NCBI GenBank assembly: GCA_050248855.1
Contig: JBFWRP010000033.1
Span: forward strand, 1 to 48,520
Source: Planctomycetota bacterium
GTDB lineage: Bacteria > Planctomycetota > PLA2 > JAEUHO01
Reading direction: 5' to 3'
Length of the DNA: 48,520 nucleotides
Shown: one piece after another, positions 19,895-30,043 of the stretch
How positions within the stretch are numbered: the stretch's first letter is position 1
How the letters are laid out: each line of letters starts with the position of its first letter
Position numbers and translations under genes: made by a program
Notes under the pieces: generated by a model
The model's database searches: none
Seen by the model: only the letters and a program-made list of their open reading frames with translations
Told to the model about the DNA's origin: nothing

Positions 19895-22800
19895 TCACTC
19901 GTAGCCGACTTCCTCCAGGCGAACGCCCTGGTCGCCCGGTTCGACGCCTTCCGCCCGGAAGCGGCGGAGGCGATCGACAGCAACGCGAGCCTCGACGACC
20001 CATCGCCCTGGAGGCAGTCCTGGGAAGGAGAACAGCCGCGCGGCATCGTCCAGCGTGCCGTGCACACGGCGCAATCCATCCGTGGCCTCGACCGACACGT
20101 AGCGGGGCCTGAAGGGCCATGCGACACGCGGCAGGCGTCCCCGCGTCGGCGATCCGCGCTCGAGGGTCAGTGTGACGTCGTCTCCGGGTCGGAGCCGCTC
20201 GATACGCGCGTGGTGCCCACTGCGTGCGTCGACCACGAGCAAGGTTCCCCCGTCGACGCCGATGGGAATGGACGCGGCCAGATCGCCAGACAAGGCGCGC
20301 TGCACGGTGAAGCGCCGCTCTTCGCTGCCGCCCGCAGGCCGCACGACGAGCTCCAGCTCCCGGTGATCACCCTCGATGCGAACCGCGGCCACTCCCCCAG
20401 CCGCCAAAGCCAGCTCGATCCTATCCGCAGGCGCCGTGACCTCGCGCCACGCCGAAGCTCGGGCGCCGCGCACCAGCGCAGCGCGGACGGCATGCGGCCC
20501 AGGCTCCAACGGCCCGACAACGAACGAGCCGTCCTCGCCGACGCGGGCCGAGATCGTCTCGGCTGAGCTGCCCCGGGCGAGACTGCGCACCTCCACCCGA
20601 AGGTCACGGGGCCTGATGTCGCCAGGGCTCGCGACATGGCCGCTGATCGAAGCGGCTGGTCGCAGGGCGATGTCGACCTCGCCCACCTCGGGCCCCACCT
20701 CGATAGGCTCCATGGAGAGATTGCCAAGATTGCGCACGGAGGCGCCGCGAACGCCCACGCGGACAGCAGCGTGGGGAAGCTCACGGATCGTCGCACGCCC
20801 CTTCGCATCCGTGACGGCGGTGCCGGGGCGCGCGAGGGGATCGAGAGGGATCGGTGCCGCCTCCACGATGGCCCCACGCACCGGAGCACCGTCTGGACGG
20901 GTGAGCACGACCGCGAGCTGGCGCGCTCGACGGGCAACCAAGAGCAAGGGCTCGCCTCCCGGGCGCACCCGCACGACACCCGTCCCGGCGAGCACCCACG
21001 TGTTGGACTTGGTCGCGAGAGCAGCTTCGAGGTCGGGCAGAGCTTCGACCTCGAACCGACCGAGCGCGTCGACGGTCACGCCGCGCACGAAGGGATCCGC
21101 CTCGCCAGCTCCCCCGAAACGGAGCTCCAAACCAGCCTGGACCGGCGTCTCGCCATCGGCCTCGACCAGGCGACCACGCAGCGTCCTGCCTGCTGGCACG
21201 ACCAAGTCGACCCGATCCTCCTCCCCGATCTCGACCGTCTCGCTCCAGTCCGAGAGCGTGGCGCGCCCCTTGCCGTCACGCGCTTCCCGAACGCAAACGG
21301 AGACCGGTCGATCGACGTCTGCGGGGAGATCGACGCGCACCTCGCCACGCTCGATGGGGAACTTCCAACCGGGAACATGGCGCGTGGACGTGTAGGACAC
21401 CTCGAGCTCGCCCGACACGAGAGGCTCGCCATCGGAGCTCGAGAGCTTGAAGGCCAAGGCCCGCAGTGGGCCTCCCTGCACCAGCCGGACGGCTGGCCCT
21501 GGCACGTGGACGGCCACCGGCTCCCCGCCCGCGGCCTGGAGGCGCAGCTCGACAGGGCGGAGCCGGGAGGCTGCCTTCACGACCGGATCACGGATCCAGA
21601 AGTGGAAGTAGCCCTGGTCGCCGCTCGTCGTGGTCGCGAGCAAGCGCCCGTCGGTGGTCCGACACGCGACGGCCACACCCGCGCGGGGCTCGCCGGTCGC
21701 GGACTCGACCCATCCCCCCGGGCTGGCGTCGTCGCACGTGGCGCGTAGATCGCCGAGGTCCAACCCCGTCGCAGGGCGCCCGCCTGGGACGTCCACTTCA
21801 AGCTGCATCCAGTCTCCGGCGGGTCCTCGCTCGGCGCGGAGCGTGCTGGCCGCGTCCTCCGTGCATGGGAATCGGAAGCGACCGTCCGGACCGGTCGCTG
21901 CCGTCGACGGCTCGGTGCCCGCACTGGAGAGGTGCAGCGGTACGTGGGGCAACGGGTCGCCCGCCTCATCCAGCACGCGACCCCAGAGCGGTCCCCCGGT
22001 GGGCAGGCGCACGTGGAGTGGCGCGAGATCCTTCGCCACGACGAAGTGCGCGAGGTGATCGCCGCCCTCCGGCCGGCGAACGTGGACATCGCACTCGGTG
22101 CCGGGCGGCAGCGCGAGGACCTCGACCCCTCCCCCGGCGTCGGTGACGCCGGGCACGTAGGTGCCGACGACGCCGGGGAGAAGGTCGTCAAACCACGCCT
22201 CGGCCGACGGAACGAGGAGGACGGTGGCACCTGCAACGGCGCTCCCCCGCGTGTCGCGCACCTTGATCACCTGGCGATCGAGAGGGGTCAGCACGACGAG
22301 GAGCTCCCGCGGATCCGTCCCCTCGTCAGCGGGAAGGCGGAGCGGCAGGACGGCTCCGTCCGCGGCGCGCCAGCCGGGGGCCAGGATGCCGAGCTCGCTT
22401 CCGACGTCGCTCCGCACGCCGTCGAGCGCGATGCGACCCGTGGCATCCGTCGCCGCCAGTGCATTCGGATGGCCCCAGTACACGAGGCGGATCCCCTCGA
22501 GGGGGCGATGCTCGGTGTCCTCGACCCGCACGGTGATGGTGCGACAGGGCGGAAGGACGAGATCGACCGTGATGTCTTGGTCGTCAGACGCGACGTTTGT
22601 CGCCCGCGTCCATCCTGGACCGGCATTCGCGCGAGCCGTGACGAAGACTTCCACGAGGCGCGGCGCGTCGGTGAGTGCCCAGCGCCCCTCCCGGTCCGCA
22701 ACCACCTCCCGCGACCACATGCCGCCCCCGAGCAGCCTGCCCGCGACAGCCAGCGCCATGTGCGGCGCAGGGGGCCCATGCGACCACCGTACGAGACCGC

Positions 22801-23629
22801 GCACCGCACCTGGGCGCGAGGCGGGCACGCGCACCGTGTAGCTGCCGTCAGCCTCACGCTCCGACGGTAGCGACGTCCACACGGCGCCTGCCAAATCCTC
22901 GAGCTGGAACTCGACCCGCTGCGCGGCGGGCGCCAGCGCCTCGAAGTGACCTTGGACATCGAGTCCGGTCCACGCAATCGGGAGCTTGCGCCCATGCTCC
23001 CTCCACGCCATGCACGCGATGCGCCCGCTGCCCGGCGCACCGTCCGCGCGCACCACGCGCCCGCGGACGACACCCGCGGGAGCAACCTGCAGCACGAGGT
23101 CCTTCCCGCTACGGCTTGCCGCGTCCAGCTGGCACACCGCGCCCGTGTGGTCGGGCCCCGGCTCGGCCACGAGTCGACCGCACACCGCCGACCAGCGCGC
23201 GGGGACATCGAACCGCCCGTCGGCACCACTGACGAAGGTGTCGAGACGCCGCGGCGCGCCCTCCGCCCGGCGGGGGCGACCTGTGACGAAGCCCACGTGG
23301 AGATGCGAGGCCAGGCTCGTGCCGGCTACCTCGTCGGCCTCCAGATGCACGCGCACGCCGGCAACGCCGTCGAGGCGCCGGTCGACCACCCAGCCGGTGC
23401 GCGCGAACGGCAGACGAAACCCGACTGCCGGATCGACGTGGGGCCTCACCGGCGAGCCGGCCATCAGTCCAGGTGGCAGGTGCCCTTCCCCGGCCTCGCC
23501 GGAGCGGCTGGACGGCCCCCTCGTTTCCGTGACGAGATGCGCCTCGCGGTCCAGCCATCGCAGCGCCGCACCCCCACCGACGAGCAGCAGGCTGGCGACG
23601 AGCAGGGACCAATGCGCACGGCGCTTCAT
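19895..23629 (-). CDS. Large membrane-anchored protein with repeated carboxypeptidase-regulatory-like beta-sandwich domains
   Basis: N-terminal TM helix; repeated GRV.DE.G.P..G and TD..GRF motifs over ~1240 aa. Confidence 0.75.
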   Translation of the reverse strand: MKRRAHWSLLVASLLLVGGGAALRWLDREAHLVTETRGPSSRSGEAGEGHLPPGLMAGSPVRPHVDPAVGFRLPFARTGWVVDRRLDGVAGVRVHLEADEVAGTSLASHLHVGFVTGRPRRAEGAPRRLDTFVSGADGRFDVPARWSAVCGRLVAEPGPDHTGAVCQLDAASRSGKDLVLQVAPAGVVRGRVVRADGAPGSGRIACMAWREHGRKLPIAWTGLDVQGHFEALAPAAQRVEFQLEDLAGAVWTSLPSEREADGSYTVRVPASRPGAVRGLVRWSHGPPAPHMALAVAGRLLGGGMWSREVVADREGRWALTDAPRLVEVFVTARANAGPGWTRATNVASDDQDITVDLVLPPCRTITVRVEDTEHRPLEGIRLVYWGHPNALAATDATGRIALDGVRSDVGSELGILAPGWRAADGAVLPLRLPADEGTDPRELLVVLTPLDRQVIKVRDTRGSAVAGATVLLVPSAEAWFDDLLPGVVGTYVPGVTDAGGGVEVLALPPGTECDVHVRRPEGGDHLAHFVVAKDLAPLHVRLPTGGPLWGRVLDEAGDPLPHVPLHLSSAGTEPSTAATGPDGRFRFPCTEDAASTLRAERGPAGDWMQLEVDVPGGRPATGLDLGDLRATCDDASPGGWVESATGEPRAGVAVACRTTDGRLLATTTSGDQGYFHFWIRDPVVKAASRLRPVELRLQAAGGEPVAVHVPGPAVRLVQGGPLRALAFKLSSSDGEPLVSGELEVSYTSTRHVPGWKFPIERGEVRVDLPADVDRPVSVCVREARDGKGRATLSDWSETVEIGEEDRVDLVVPAGRTLRGRLVEADGETPVQAGLELRFGGAGEADPFVRGVTVDALGRFEVEALPDLEAALATKSNTWVLAGTGVVRVRPGGEPLLLVARRARQLAVVLTRPDGAPVRGAIVEAAPIPLDPLARPGTAVTDAKGRATIRELPHAAVRVGVRGASVRNLGNLSMEPIEVGPEVGEVDIALRPAASISGHVASPGDIRPRDLRVEVRSLARGSSAETISARVGEDGSFVVGPLEPGPHAVRAALVRGARASAWREVTAPADRIELALAAGGVAAVRIEGDHRELELVVRPAGGSEERRFTVQRALSGDLAASIPIGVDGGTLLVVDARSGHHARIERLRPGDDVTLTLERGSPTRGRLPRVAWPFRPRYVSVEATDGLRRVHGTLDDAARLFSFPGLPPGRWVVEARVAVDRLRRFRAEGVEPGDQGVRLEEVGYE

Positions 23630-23723
23630 GGGGTGCACCCAGCCTACGCGCACGCGGGCCCGCCGATTCATCGGCAGGCGCGCGTGGCGTACCCACTCGT
23701 TGGCAGGGCCTCGCCAGCCGGGT

Positions 23724-24830
23724 TCAGCGTGCGCGGCTGCTCGTGGGTAGGGTCGCCGTTCGTCCCTGGGACGTGCCGGGGAACAGGTCGATGCCGAACA
23801 CGACGTAGACCTGCGCGTCGGGCGAGTCGTCGGTCAAACCGAACAGGGGCGCGATGTCCAAGTGCGTGTTTCGCGTTGGGCGCCACTGGATCGTGGGGCC
23901 CAGCAGGAAGGCGACCTCGGGATCGTCCCGTGCGCCGGCCTCGGTGACGTGCTCGAGCTTGGCCTCGATGCCTACGCTGAACGACGGGTCGCAGACCGTG
24001 TAGCCGAGCCCAGCACTGATGCCCATCTCGACTTCCTTGCTCCCGCCGAGCTGCCGCTCGTAGAAGAGGTTGGTGGCCCACTGCCAACGGCAGCCGATGT
24101 CATCGGCCAGCAACAGCTTGGCCTCGAAGACATCCGGTTCGTCCTCGATGAGCTTGTACTCCAGGTAGATCGTGGGGTTCCAGAGCAGACAGTCCCACTT
24201 GGCGAGCGCCCAGCGACCCTCGATCTGGAGATCGCTACAGCGCGTGTCCTCACCGGTCTCGTGCTGCACGCGCCAGTAGAGGTCCAGCTGCACGCGCCCC
24301 GGGAGACCGATGCCGATCTCCTGCAGGTAACGGTGCCGCTCGTCACCGCTCTTCTTGAACTTGCCTTCCCACCACGACTCGAACTCGACTTGCCAGGGGG
24401 CGTTGACGTACGCGCGCGTGCTCGCGAAGCGACGGTGCGTGGTCCAAAGCGGCTGGCGATTGGGGCCGACGCGGTCGAAGCTGGAGCGCGCCTGCATGGG
24501 TGCGGGGCCGCGCCCGAACCCGTCGTCGACGCGTGGTGCCGTGACCAGGACGGGCGGAAGGTGTTGCCCCTCCGGCAGAGCCGGGGCCGCGCCATCGGCG
24601 TCCGAGCCCGATCCGTTGATCTCGGCCAGCGCGGCCCTGAAGCCCCCGAGGCCCGAATCGTCGGATCGACGTCGCCTGCTCAAGCGAGCTCGACCGGCGC
24701 CATCGCGCGCCGTGGGCCGCGTCCAGGGGTCACCCTCGTCCGCAGCCGCGCCGGCGGCCGTGGCCAACGAGAGTGCGAGAACACCAGCGACGAGGGCCAA
24801 GCCACGCCGCCCGACAGACCGGATCTTCAC
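23724..24830 (-). CDS. Outer-membrane beta-barrel protein (uncharacterised)
   Basis: AGGAGG RBS, GTG start, signal peptide, alternating aromatic strands (WQVEFESWW, NPTIYLEYK, GPTIQWRP). Confidence 0.75.
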   Translation of the reverse strand: MKIRSVGRRGLALVAGVLALSLATAAGAAADEGDPWTRPTARDGAGRARLSRRRRSDDSGLGGFRAALAEINGSGSDADGAAPALPEGQHLPPVLVTAPRVDDGFGRGPAPMQARSSFDRVGPNRQPLWTTHRRFASTRAYVNAPWQVEFESWWEGKFKKSGDERHRYLQEIGIGLPGRVQLDLYWRVQHETGEDTRCSDLQIEGRWALAKWDCLLWNPTIYLEYKLIEDEPDVFEAKLLLADDIGCRWQWATNLFYERQLGGSKEVEMGISAGLGYTVCDPSFSVGIEAKLEHVTEAGARDDPEVAFLLGPTIQWRPTRNTHLDIAPLFGLTDDSPDAQVYVVFGIDLFPGTSQGRTATLPTSSRAR

Positions 24831-25092
24831 GTTGCCTCCTGCCCCGCCCCTCCAGGCGGCGGTGCGCCAACGGCCGCACCGCGTCGCGGTCGGCCGACTC
24901 CCCCGAACGTGCTCGAGCACACGCGGTTCATGCGTGCGCGCCGAGGTCGATGCGAGATCCCGCATCGCGAGTCGTACCCTTGGCGGGATAACCGACGGAT
25001 CTCGTATGGATACAAGGGGTTGCATCCGCGAGCCCGGCTGACAGGACGTTGCCGCAGGATGCGATCGCCGCGATGCTGTCGACGGAGTTCGC

Positions 25093-28000
25093 GTGTTCGA
25101 CCCGACCTGCACCTGCGTGGCACTGACCAACGAGTCGTCCGTATGGCGATCGGTCGTGGCTCCGGCCCTGCACGTCGCGTCCGCGCTCGATGGCCGCCCC
25201 CTCCACATCGAGCCCATCGAGCCCACCGATCACGAGCTCCTCTTGGATCGGGAGACGCTCCAGGCCTTGGAGTTTGCTGCGCTGCTGGTCGTCGACCTCG
25301 CAGCGTTGGACGCGCCGGCGTTTCGCCTGGTGGAGTGGTTGGCGCGCGTGCGGCCTGGCAGCGCCCTCCTGTTGCGTACCGGCACGACGGCCCTCCCCTT
25401 CGAGCTGCACGAGCTGCTCGTCCGTACGCTGCCTGACGCAAAGCGCGAGGGAGGGGCGAACGCCCGCCAGACCGTGGCACGTCTGGCCACCCTCGGCGCG
25501 GTGGCCCGGGCGAACGAGGGCGGAACGATCGCGTGGACCTCGCCACGCGCGGTGGAGGTGCTGGCGCGCCGACGCGAAGGGCGCGGAGCGCGCGCCGCAT
25601 GGCAAGCCGCGGCACGCGCTCGCCACGCGGGGAACCACGACGCCGCGCGCGTGGCCCTCGGGCAGGCGCTGCAAGCCGATCCGCGCGCGGCCGACCTGCT
25701 CTTGGCCGCTGCCGTGCACGACCGCCTCGCGGGCCGCTGGCACGACGCCTTGCCGCGTCTCGAGCGGGCCGTTCGCCGGGCCCCTCACCTGGCAGCCGCG
25801 TGGCGCGAGCTGGGCCTGGTCCGCCAGCACGCGGGTGTCCCTGACGCACGGGGAGCGCTCGAGCGCGCCGTCGATCTTGCGGATGACTTCGAAGCGCTCG
25901 TCGCGCTCGCCGTCCTCTGTTCCCGCGAGGGCGAAGCCGAGCGGGCCGCACGCCTCTACGCACGCGCCCTCCAGATCTCCGACGGCCAGCTCAACCTGGT
26001 GCTGCCTACGCTCGAAGCCGGCGCGCGCAGCGATCGGCGCATCGTCCTGCATCCGTGGGACGAGGAGCGACTGCAGGCCGTCTTGGCCCTCCGCGCCGGG
26101 CAAGCGCAGGCCTCGCCCCCCGAGGATGCCCCCTGGAGCTTCTTCGACGTGGCGCGCGTGCACTTGGCGCGTGGTCGCGTGGACCTCGCCGCGGATGTCG
26201 TACGGGCCGCGCGTCCGCTGCTCTCGGCCCCCTGGCAGCCGCAGACCTTCGCCGCCAGCCTCGAGGCCTACGCCGCGGCGGGCGTCGACGTCGCTCCCGT
26301 GCGCGCGGCGCTTGGGCTCGTCGCGGGGCGCAGCGCCGACGCCCGATCGAGCGGTTCATCGATCCTGCGACGTCCGTTCCAAGCCGCTCCTCGCGATGCC
26401 ACGTGGTTCGTGCGCAACATCCCCTGCATGACGGCCTGCCCCGTGGGCACGGACGCCGGTGCCTACGTGCATCACATCGCGGCAGGCCGGCTCGCCGAGG
26501 CCTTCCACGTCGCGCGCGCCCCCAATCCGTTCGCCTCGGTGTGCGGTCGCATCTGCGCGGCGCCGTGCGAAGACGCCTGCCGGCGGGGGGCCATCGACGC
26601 CCCCGTAGCGATCCGCTCGTTGAAGCGCTTCCTGACCGAGCAGTTCGGCGTGGAAGGCACCACGCCGCGCGTGGACGACGTGCTGCGTGCCGACGCCGCG
26701 CCCTGCATCGAGGGAGAGGCCTACGTCCATCGCGTGCGCTCGCTGGAGCGCGGCCGCACGGGGCGCATCGCCGTCGTCGGGGGAGGGCCCGCAGGACTTG
26801 CCTGCGCCCACGACCTCGCGTTGCTCGGCCACGGGGTCACGCTGTTCGAGGGCAGCCACCAGCTGGGCGGGATGATGCGTCAAGGCATCCCGATCTACCG
26901 ACTGTCCCGTGATCTGCTCGAGCTGGAGATCGGCGCCATCCTGAGCCTCGGCGTGGATGTTCAGCTCGGCACGCGGCTTGCCGCCGAGCGCGGCGTTGGT
27001 GCCCTGCTGCGGGAGGGGTACGACGCCATCTTCCTGGCCTCGGGCGCGGGCACGGCACGCGGCCTGGACGTGGACGGTGCGCACCTGGACGGCGTGATCA
27101 CGGCCATCGAGTACCTGCTCAACGCCAACCAGGGCTATCGTGCCGAGCTCGGCCATCGCGTCGTGGTCGTGGGCGGCGGCAACGTGGCGCTCGACGTGGC
27201 CCGCACCGCGCGTCTCGGCCGCGCGCCCGACCCGCTGGCGCCCACGAGCGGTGCTCGAACGGCGACGAACGGCTTCGGTCCGGCGCTGGCGAACGATCCG
27301 CTACGCCATGCCCTGCGAGGCAGCCAGCGCGAGGTCCACGTGATCGCCCGCCAGCCCATGGGGCAATGGCCTGCCCAGCGCACGGTGCAGGGCACGCGCG
27401 AGCTCGACGAAGCCCGCGAGGAGGGGATCGTGTTCCACCCCCTGCGCGGCGTGCGGCGGTTCCTCGGCGAGAACGGCCGCCTCGTGGCCGTGGAGCTGGC
27501 CGAGGTCGTCTCGCTGCTCGACGAACACGGGCGGTACGCCCCCACCTACGGTGCGCACGTTGCCGAGGTGCTGCCCTGCGACGTGGCCTTCCTCGCCGTC
27601 GGCCAGGAGCCCGCGCTCGACTACCTCGATGACCTCCCGAGCCTCGAGCGTACGCGCGGAGGGCTGGTTGCCGTGGACCGCGAGACGCTTGCGACGACCC
27701 ATCCGGGCGTGTACGCCGGCGGCGATGCGGCCTTCGGCCCGCGCACGCTGATCGAGGCCGTCGGGGACGGCAAGCGTGCCGCACGCAACATCCATGCGTG
27801 GCTCGGAGGTGCGCGGCCGGAGGCGGCGGGCGTGCGCTTCGAGGTGGTCCCCGCGCGCGCCGTGGGCACGACGCCCGGCTACGAGACGCTTCCGCGCTGC
27901 GCCCCGCCGCGGCGCGACGTGGATCGACGCACCGGTATCGCCGAAGTCGACCTGGGCTTCGATGCCGAACAGGCCCGCCAGCAGGCGGCGCGCTGCTTGG

Positions 28001-28257
28001 TGTGCCACGTGCAGACGATCTACGACGGCGACCTCTGCATCGCCTGCGGGCGCTGCACGGACGTTTGCCCGCACGGATGCCTCTCGTTCGTCGGCCCCGA
28101 AGCCCTCGAGCGCCCACCCGACTTCGAGCCGCGAGGCGACGTCTTCCTGGTGAAGGACGAGGACACCTGCATCCGCTGCGGGCTCTGCGCCGAGCGTTGC
28201 CCGACGGGCGCCATGACGATGGAGCGCGTTGCTCTCGAGCCGGGCGTCTCCCGATGA
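25093..28257 (+). CDS. GltD/NfnB-like FAD/NAD(P) Fe-S oxidoreductase with C-terminal 2x[4Fe-4S] and an N-terminal DRHyd-like + TPR extension
   Basis: PCMTACP..NPFASVCGRICAAPCEDAC, GGGPAG, GGGNVALD, AGGD, ARCLVC, CIACGRCTDVCP, CIRCGLCAERCP; helical repeats in residues ~160-410. Confidence 0.88.
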   Translation: MFDPTCTCVALTNESSVWRSVVAPALHVASALDGRPLHIEPIEPTDHELLLDRETLQALEFAALLVVDLAALDAPAFRLVEWLARVRPGSALLLRTGTTALPFELHELLVRTLPDAKREGGANARQTVARLATLGAVARANEGGTIAWTSPRAVEVLARRREGRGARAAWQAAARARHAGNHDAARVALGQALQADPRAADLLLAAAVHDRLAGRWHDALPRLERAVRRAPHLAAAWRELGLVRQHAGVPDARGALERAVDLADDFEALVALAVLCSREGEAERAARLYARALQISDGQLNLVLPTLEAGARSDRRIVLHPWDEERLQAVLALRAGQAQASPPEDAPWSFFDVARVHLARGRVDLAADVVRAARPLLSAPWQPQTFAASLEAYAAAGVDVAPVRAALGLVAGRSADARSSGSSILRRPFQAAPRDATWFVRNIPCMTACPVGTDAGAYVHHIAAGRLAEAFHVARAPNPFASVCGRICAAPCEDACRRGAIDAPVAIRSLKRFLTEQFGVEGTTPRVDDVLRADAAPCIEGEAYVHRVRSLERGRTGRIAVVGGGPAGLACAHDLALLGHGVTLFEGSHQLGGMMRQGIPIYRLSRDLLELEIGAILSLGVDVQLGTRLAAERGVGALLREGYDAIFLASGAGTARGLDVDGAHLDGVITAIEYLLNANQGYRAELGHRVVVVGGGNVALDVARTARLGRAPDPLAPTSGARTATNGFGPALANDPLRHALRGSQREVHVIARQPMGQWPAQRTVQGTRELDEAREEGIVFHPLRGVRRFLGENGRLVAVELAEVVSLLDEHGRYAPTYGAHVAEVLPCDVAFLAVGQEPALDYLDDLPSLERTRGGLVAVDRETLATTHPGVYAGGDAAFGPRTLIEAVGDGKRAARNIHAWLGGARPEAAGVRFEVVPARAVGTTPGYETLPRCAPPRRDVDRRTGIAEVDLGFDAEQARQQAARCLVCHVQTIYDGDLCIACGRCTDVCPHGCLSFVGPEALERPPDFEPRGDVFLVKDEDTCIRCGLCAERCPTGAMTMERVALEPGVSR

Positions 28258-28727
28258 GGGCCAGGCCGACCACGCGCCGTCAGGTGATGCGCCGCGCGGG
28301 GTGGATCACGGGCATGGCCGGTGTGCTGGCCACGATCGGCTCCTGGACGCGTGCGTTGGTCCCGCGTGTTCTCTACGAGCCGTCGGCCAAGCGGCGGTTG
28401 GGCCTGCCGTCCAGGTATCCGGAGGGCGCGACCTTCCTGGCGGAGCACAAGATCTTCGTCATCCGCGAGGGCGCCCACCTGCGCGCGCTGTCGGCGGTCT
28501 GCACGCACCTGGGCTGCACGGTGGGTCGCGCGGACGAAGGGTTCCACTGCCCCTGCCACGGCAGCCGTTTCGATGCGGGCGGACGCAACCTTGCGGGGCC
28601 CGCGCCCTCGCCGTTGCCCTGGCACCGCCTCGACGTGGCAGGCGATGGCCAGGTCGTGGTGGATCTCTCGCGCGTGGTGCCCGCGACGCAGTTCCTCGTG
28701 ATCGCGAGCGAGGAACGTCCCTCATGA
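28254..28727 (+). CDS. Rieske [2Fe-2S] subunit of a Rieske/cytochrome b complex
   Basis: Tat-like TTRRQV, CTHLGC, CPCHGSRF, GPAPSPL; ATGA overlap with the upstream gene. Confidence 0.93.
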   Translation: MRARPTTRRQVMRRAGWITGMAGVLATIGSWTRALVPRVLYEPSAKRRLGLPSRYPEGATFLAEHKIFVIREGAHLRALSAVCTHLGCTVGRADEGFHCPCHGSRFDAGGRNLAGPAPSPLPWHRLDVAGDGQVVVDLSRVVPATQFLVIASEERPS

Positions 28728-30043
28728 TGCGACCCTGGCCCGGCGAGCCCACGTGGCGCAGCTTCAGCCCCCGCAGCCCGCGCGAGGCATCCGAGGCCAT
28801 CGTCCGCAACTTCCTGCTCCATGCGTTTCCCGCGCGCATGACGAGAGCCGCGTTCTCGTGGCGGGCCAGCGGCTGGCTGGGGACGATCGCGCTGCACCTC
28901 TTCGTGATCCTCTGCGTGACCGGCGGGCTCCTGCTGTTCCTCTACGTACCCAGCGTCGAGCGGGCGTACGCCTCGGTGAAGGACATCGAGTTCGTCGTGA
29001 CCGGCGGGCGGTGGCTGCGCGGTACCCACCGCGTGGCCGCGCACCTCATGGTCGTCGTCGTCATCCTCCATCTCATCCGCGTCTTCCTGACCGGGGCGTA
29101 CAAGAAGGGGGGCGCGCCCGGTGCCGCGAGGCCGCTCAACTGGCTCGTGGGCATCGCGCTGCTGCTGTGCACGCTGGGCCTCTCGTTCACCGGCTACCTG
29201 CTGCCGTGGGACCAGCTGGCGTACTGGGCGGTCACGGTGGGCACGCAGATCGCGGCCTCGGCCCCGTTCGTCGGCGAGCAGCTGAAGTTCCTGCTGCTGG
29301 GCGGGAGCAGCGTGGGTCAGGAGACCTTGCTGCGCTTCTACGTCCTGCACTGCTTCCTGCTGCCCGCGGTCACGATCGCCTTGGTGGCCTACCACCTCTG
29401 GCGCATCCGCAAGGACGGGGGGCTCGCCGTGTCCGATCGCGTCGGGGACGAAGCGCGGGCCAGCGCCACCGCCAGCCCGCCGCCGCCCGGCAAGACCTAC
29501 TCGCTCCTGGGCAGCACGAAGGGCGGCACGGTGCACGTCGTCACGCCCGTCGCGGCGCTGGAGTCGCGCAGCGTGCCGAGCATCCCGCTCGTGGTGTGGC
29601 GCACGGCCGGGTTGTTCCTGCTCGTGTTGGCGACCACGAGCTGGCTCGGTCTCGTGGTGCCCGCTCCCTTGGAGGAAGCGGCCAACCCGGCCGTCACGCC
29701 CAACCCGGCCAAGGCGCCCTGGTACTTCCTGTGGCTCCAGGAGCTCGTGTCGATCCTCACATTCCGGGTAGGCGACGTGGTGGTGGACGGTGCCTTCCTG
29801 GGTGGTGTCCTGGTCCCCGGGCTGCTGATCGGCCTGCTGGCCGCCTGGCCGTTCCTGGACCGTTCCCCGCTCGAGGCCGCCGGCGTCTGGTTCCACCCCT
29901 CGCGCCGACGCCAGAACCGCGTGTTCCTCGCCATCCTCGTGGCCTGCATCGTCCTCGGCGTGGTCGGTACGTTCTTCCGCGGCGCCTACTGGTCGTGGAC
30001 GTGGCCCTGGGACGCCGTGCCCGCGCCGGTGGAACCCGTATGA
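28724..30043 (+). CDS. Cytochrome b (b6 and subunit IV fused)
   Basis: RGTHRVAAH, LH..RVF, SFTGYLLPWDQLAYWA, LRFYVLH..H, PEWY-equivalent KAPWYF. Confidence 0.93.
   Translation: MMRPWPGEPTWRSFSPRSPREASEAIVRNFLLHAFPARMTRAAFSWRASGWLGTIALHLFVILCVTGGLLLFLYVPSVERAYASVKDIEFVVTGGRWLRGTHRVAAHLMVVVVILHLIRVFLTGAYKKGGAPGAARPLNWLVGIALLLCTLGLSFTGYLLPWDQLAYWAVTVGTQIAASAPFVGEQLKFLLLGGSSVGQETLLRFYVLHCFLLPAVTIALVAYHLWRIRKDGGLAVSDRVGDEARASATASPPPPGKTYSLLGSTKGGTVHVVTPVAALESRSVPSIPLVVWRTAGLFLLVLATTSWLGLVVPAPLEEAANPAVTPNPAKAPWYFLWLQELVSILTFRVGDVVVDGAFLGGVLVPGLLIGLLAAWPFLDRSPLEAAGVWFHPSRRRQNRVFLAILVACIVLGVVGTFFRGAYWSWTWPWDAVPAPVEPV

Noticed and set aside
25093..28257. Glutamate synthase small subunit (gltD)
   Set aside because: No gltB nearby; the extra ferredoxin and N-terminal domains and the coupling to a Rieske gene indicate another role.
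28860..28925. Covalent heme ci site in cytochrome b
   Set aside because: The canonical Cys position reads SGWLG; the nearby ILCVTG Cys is in a different register.
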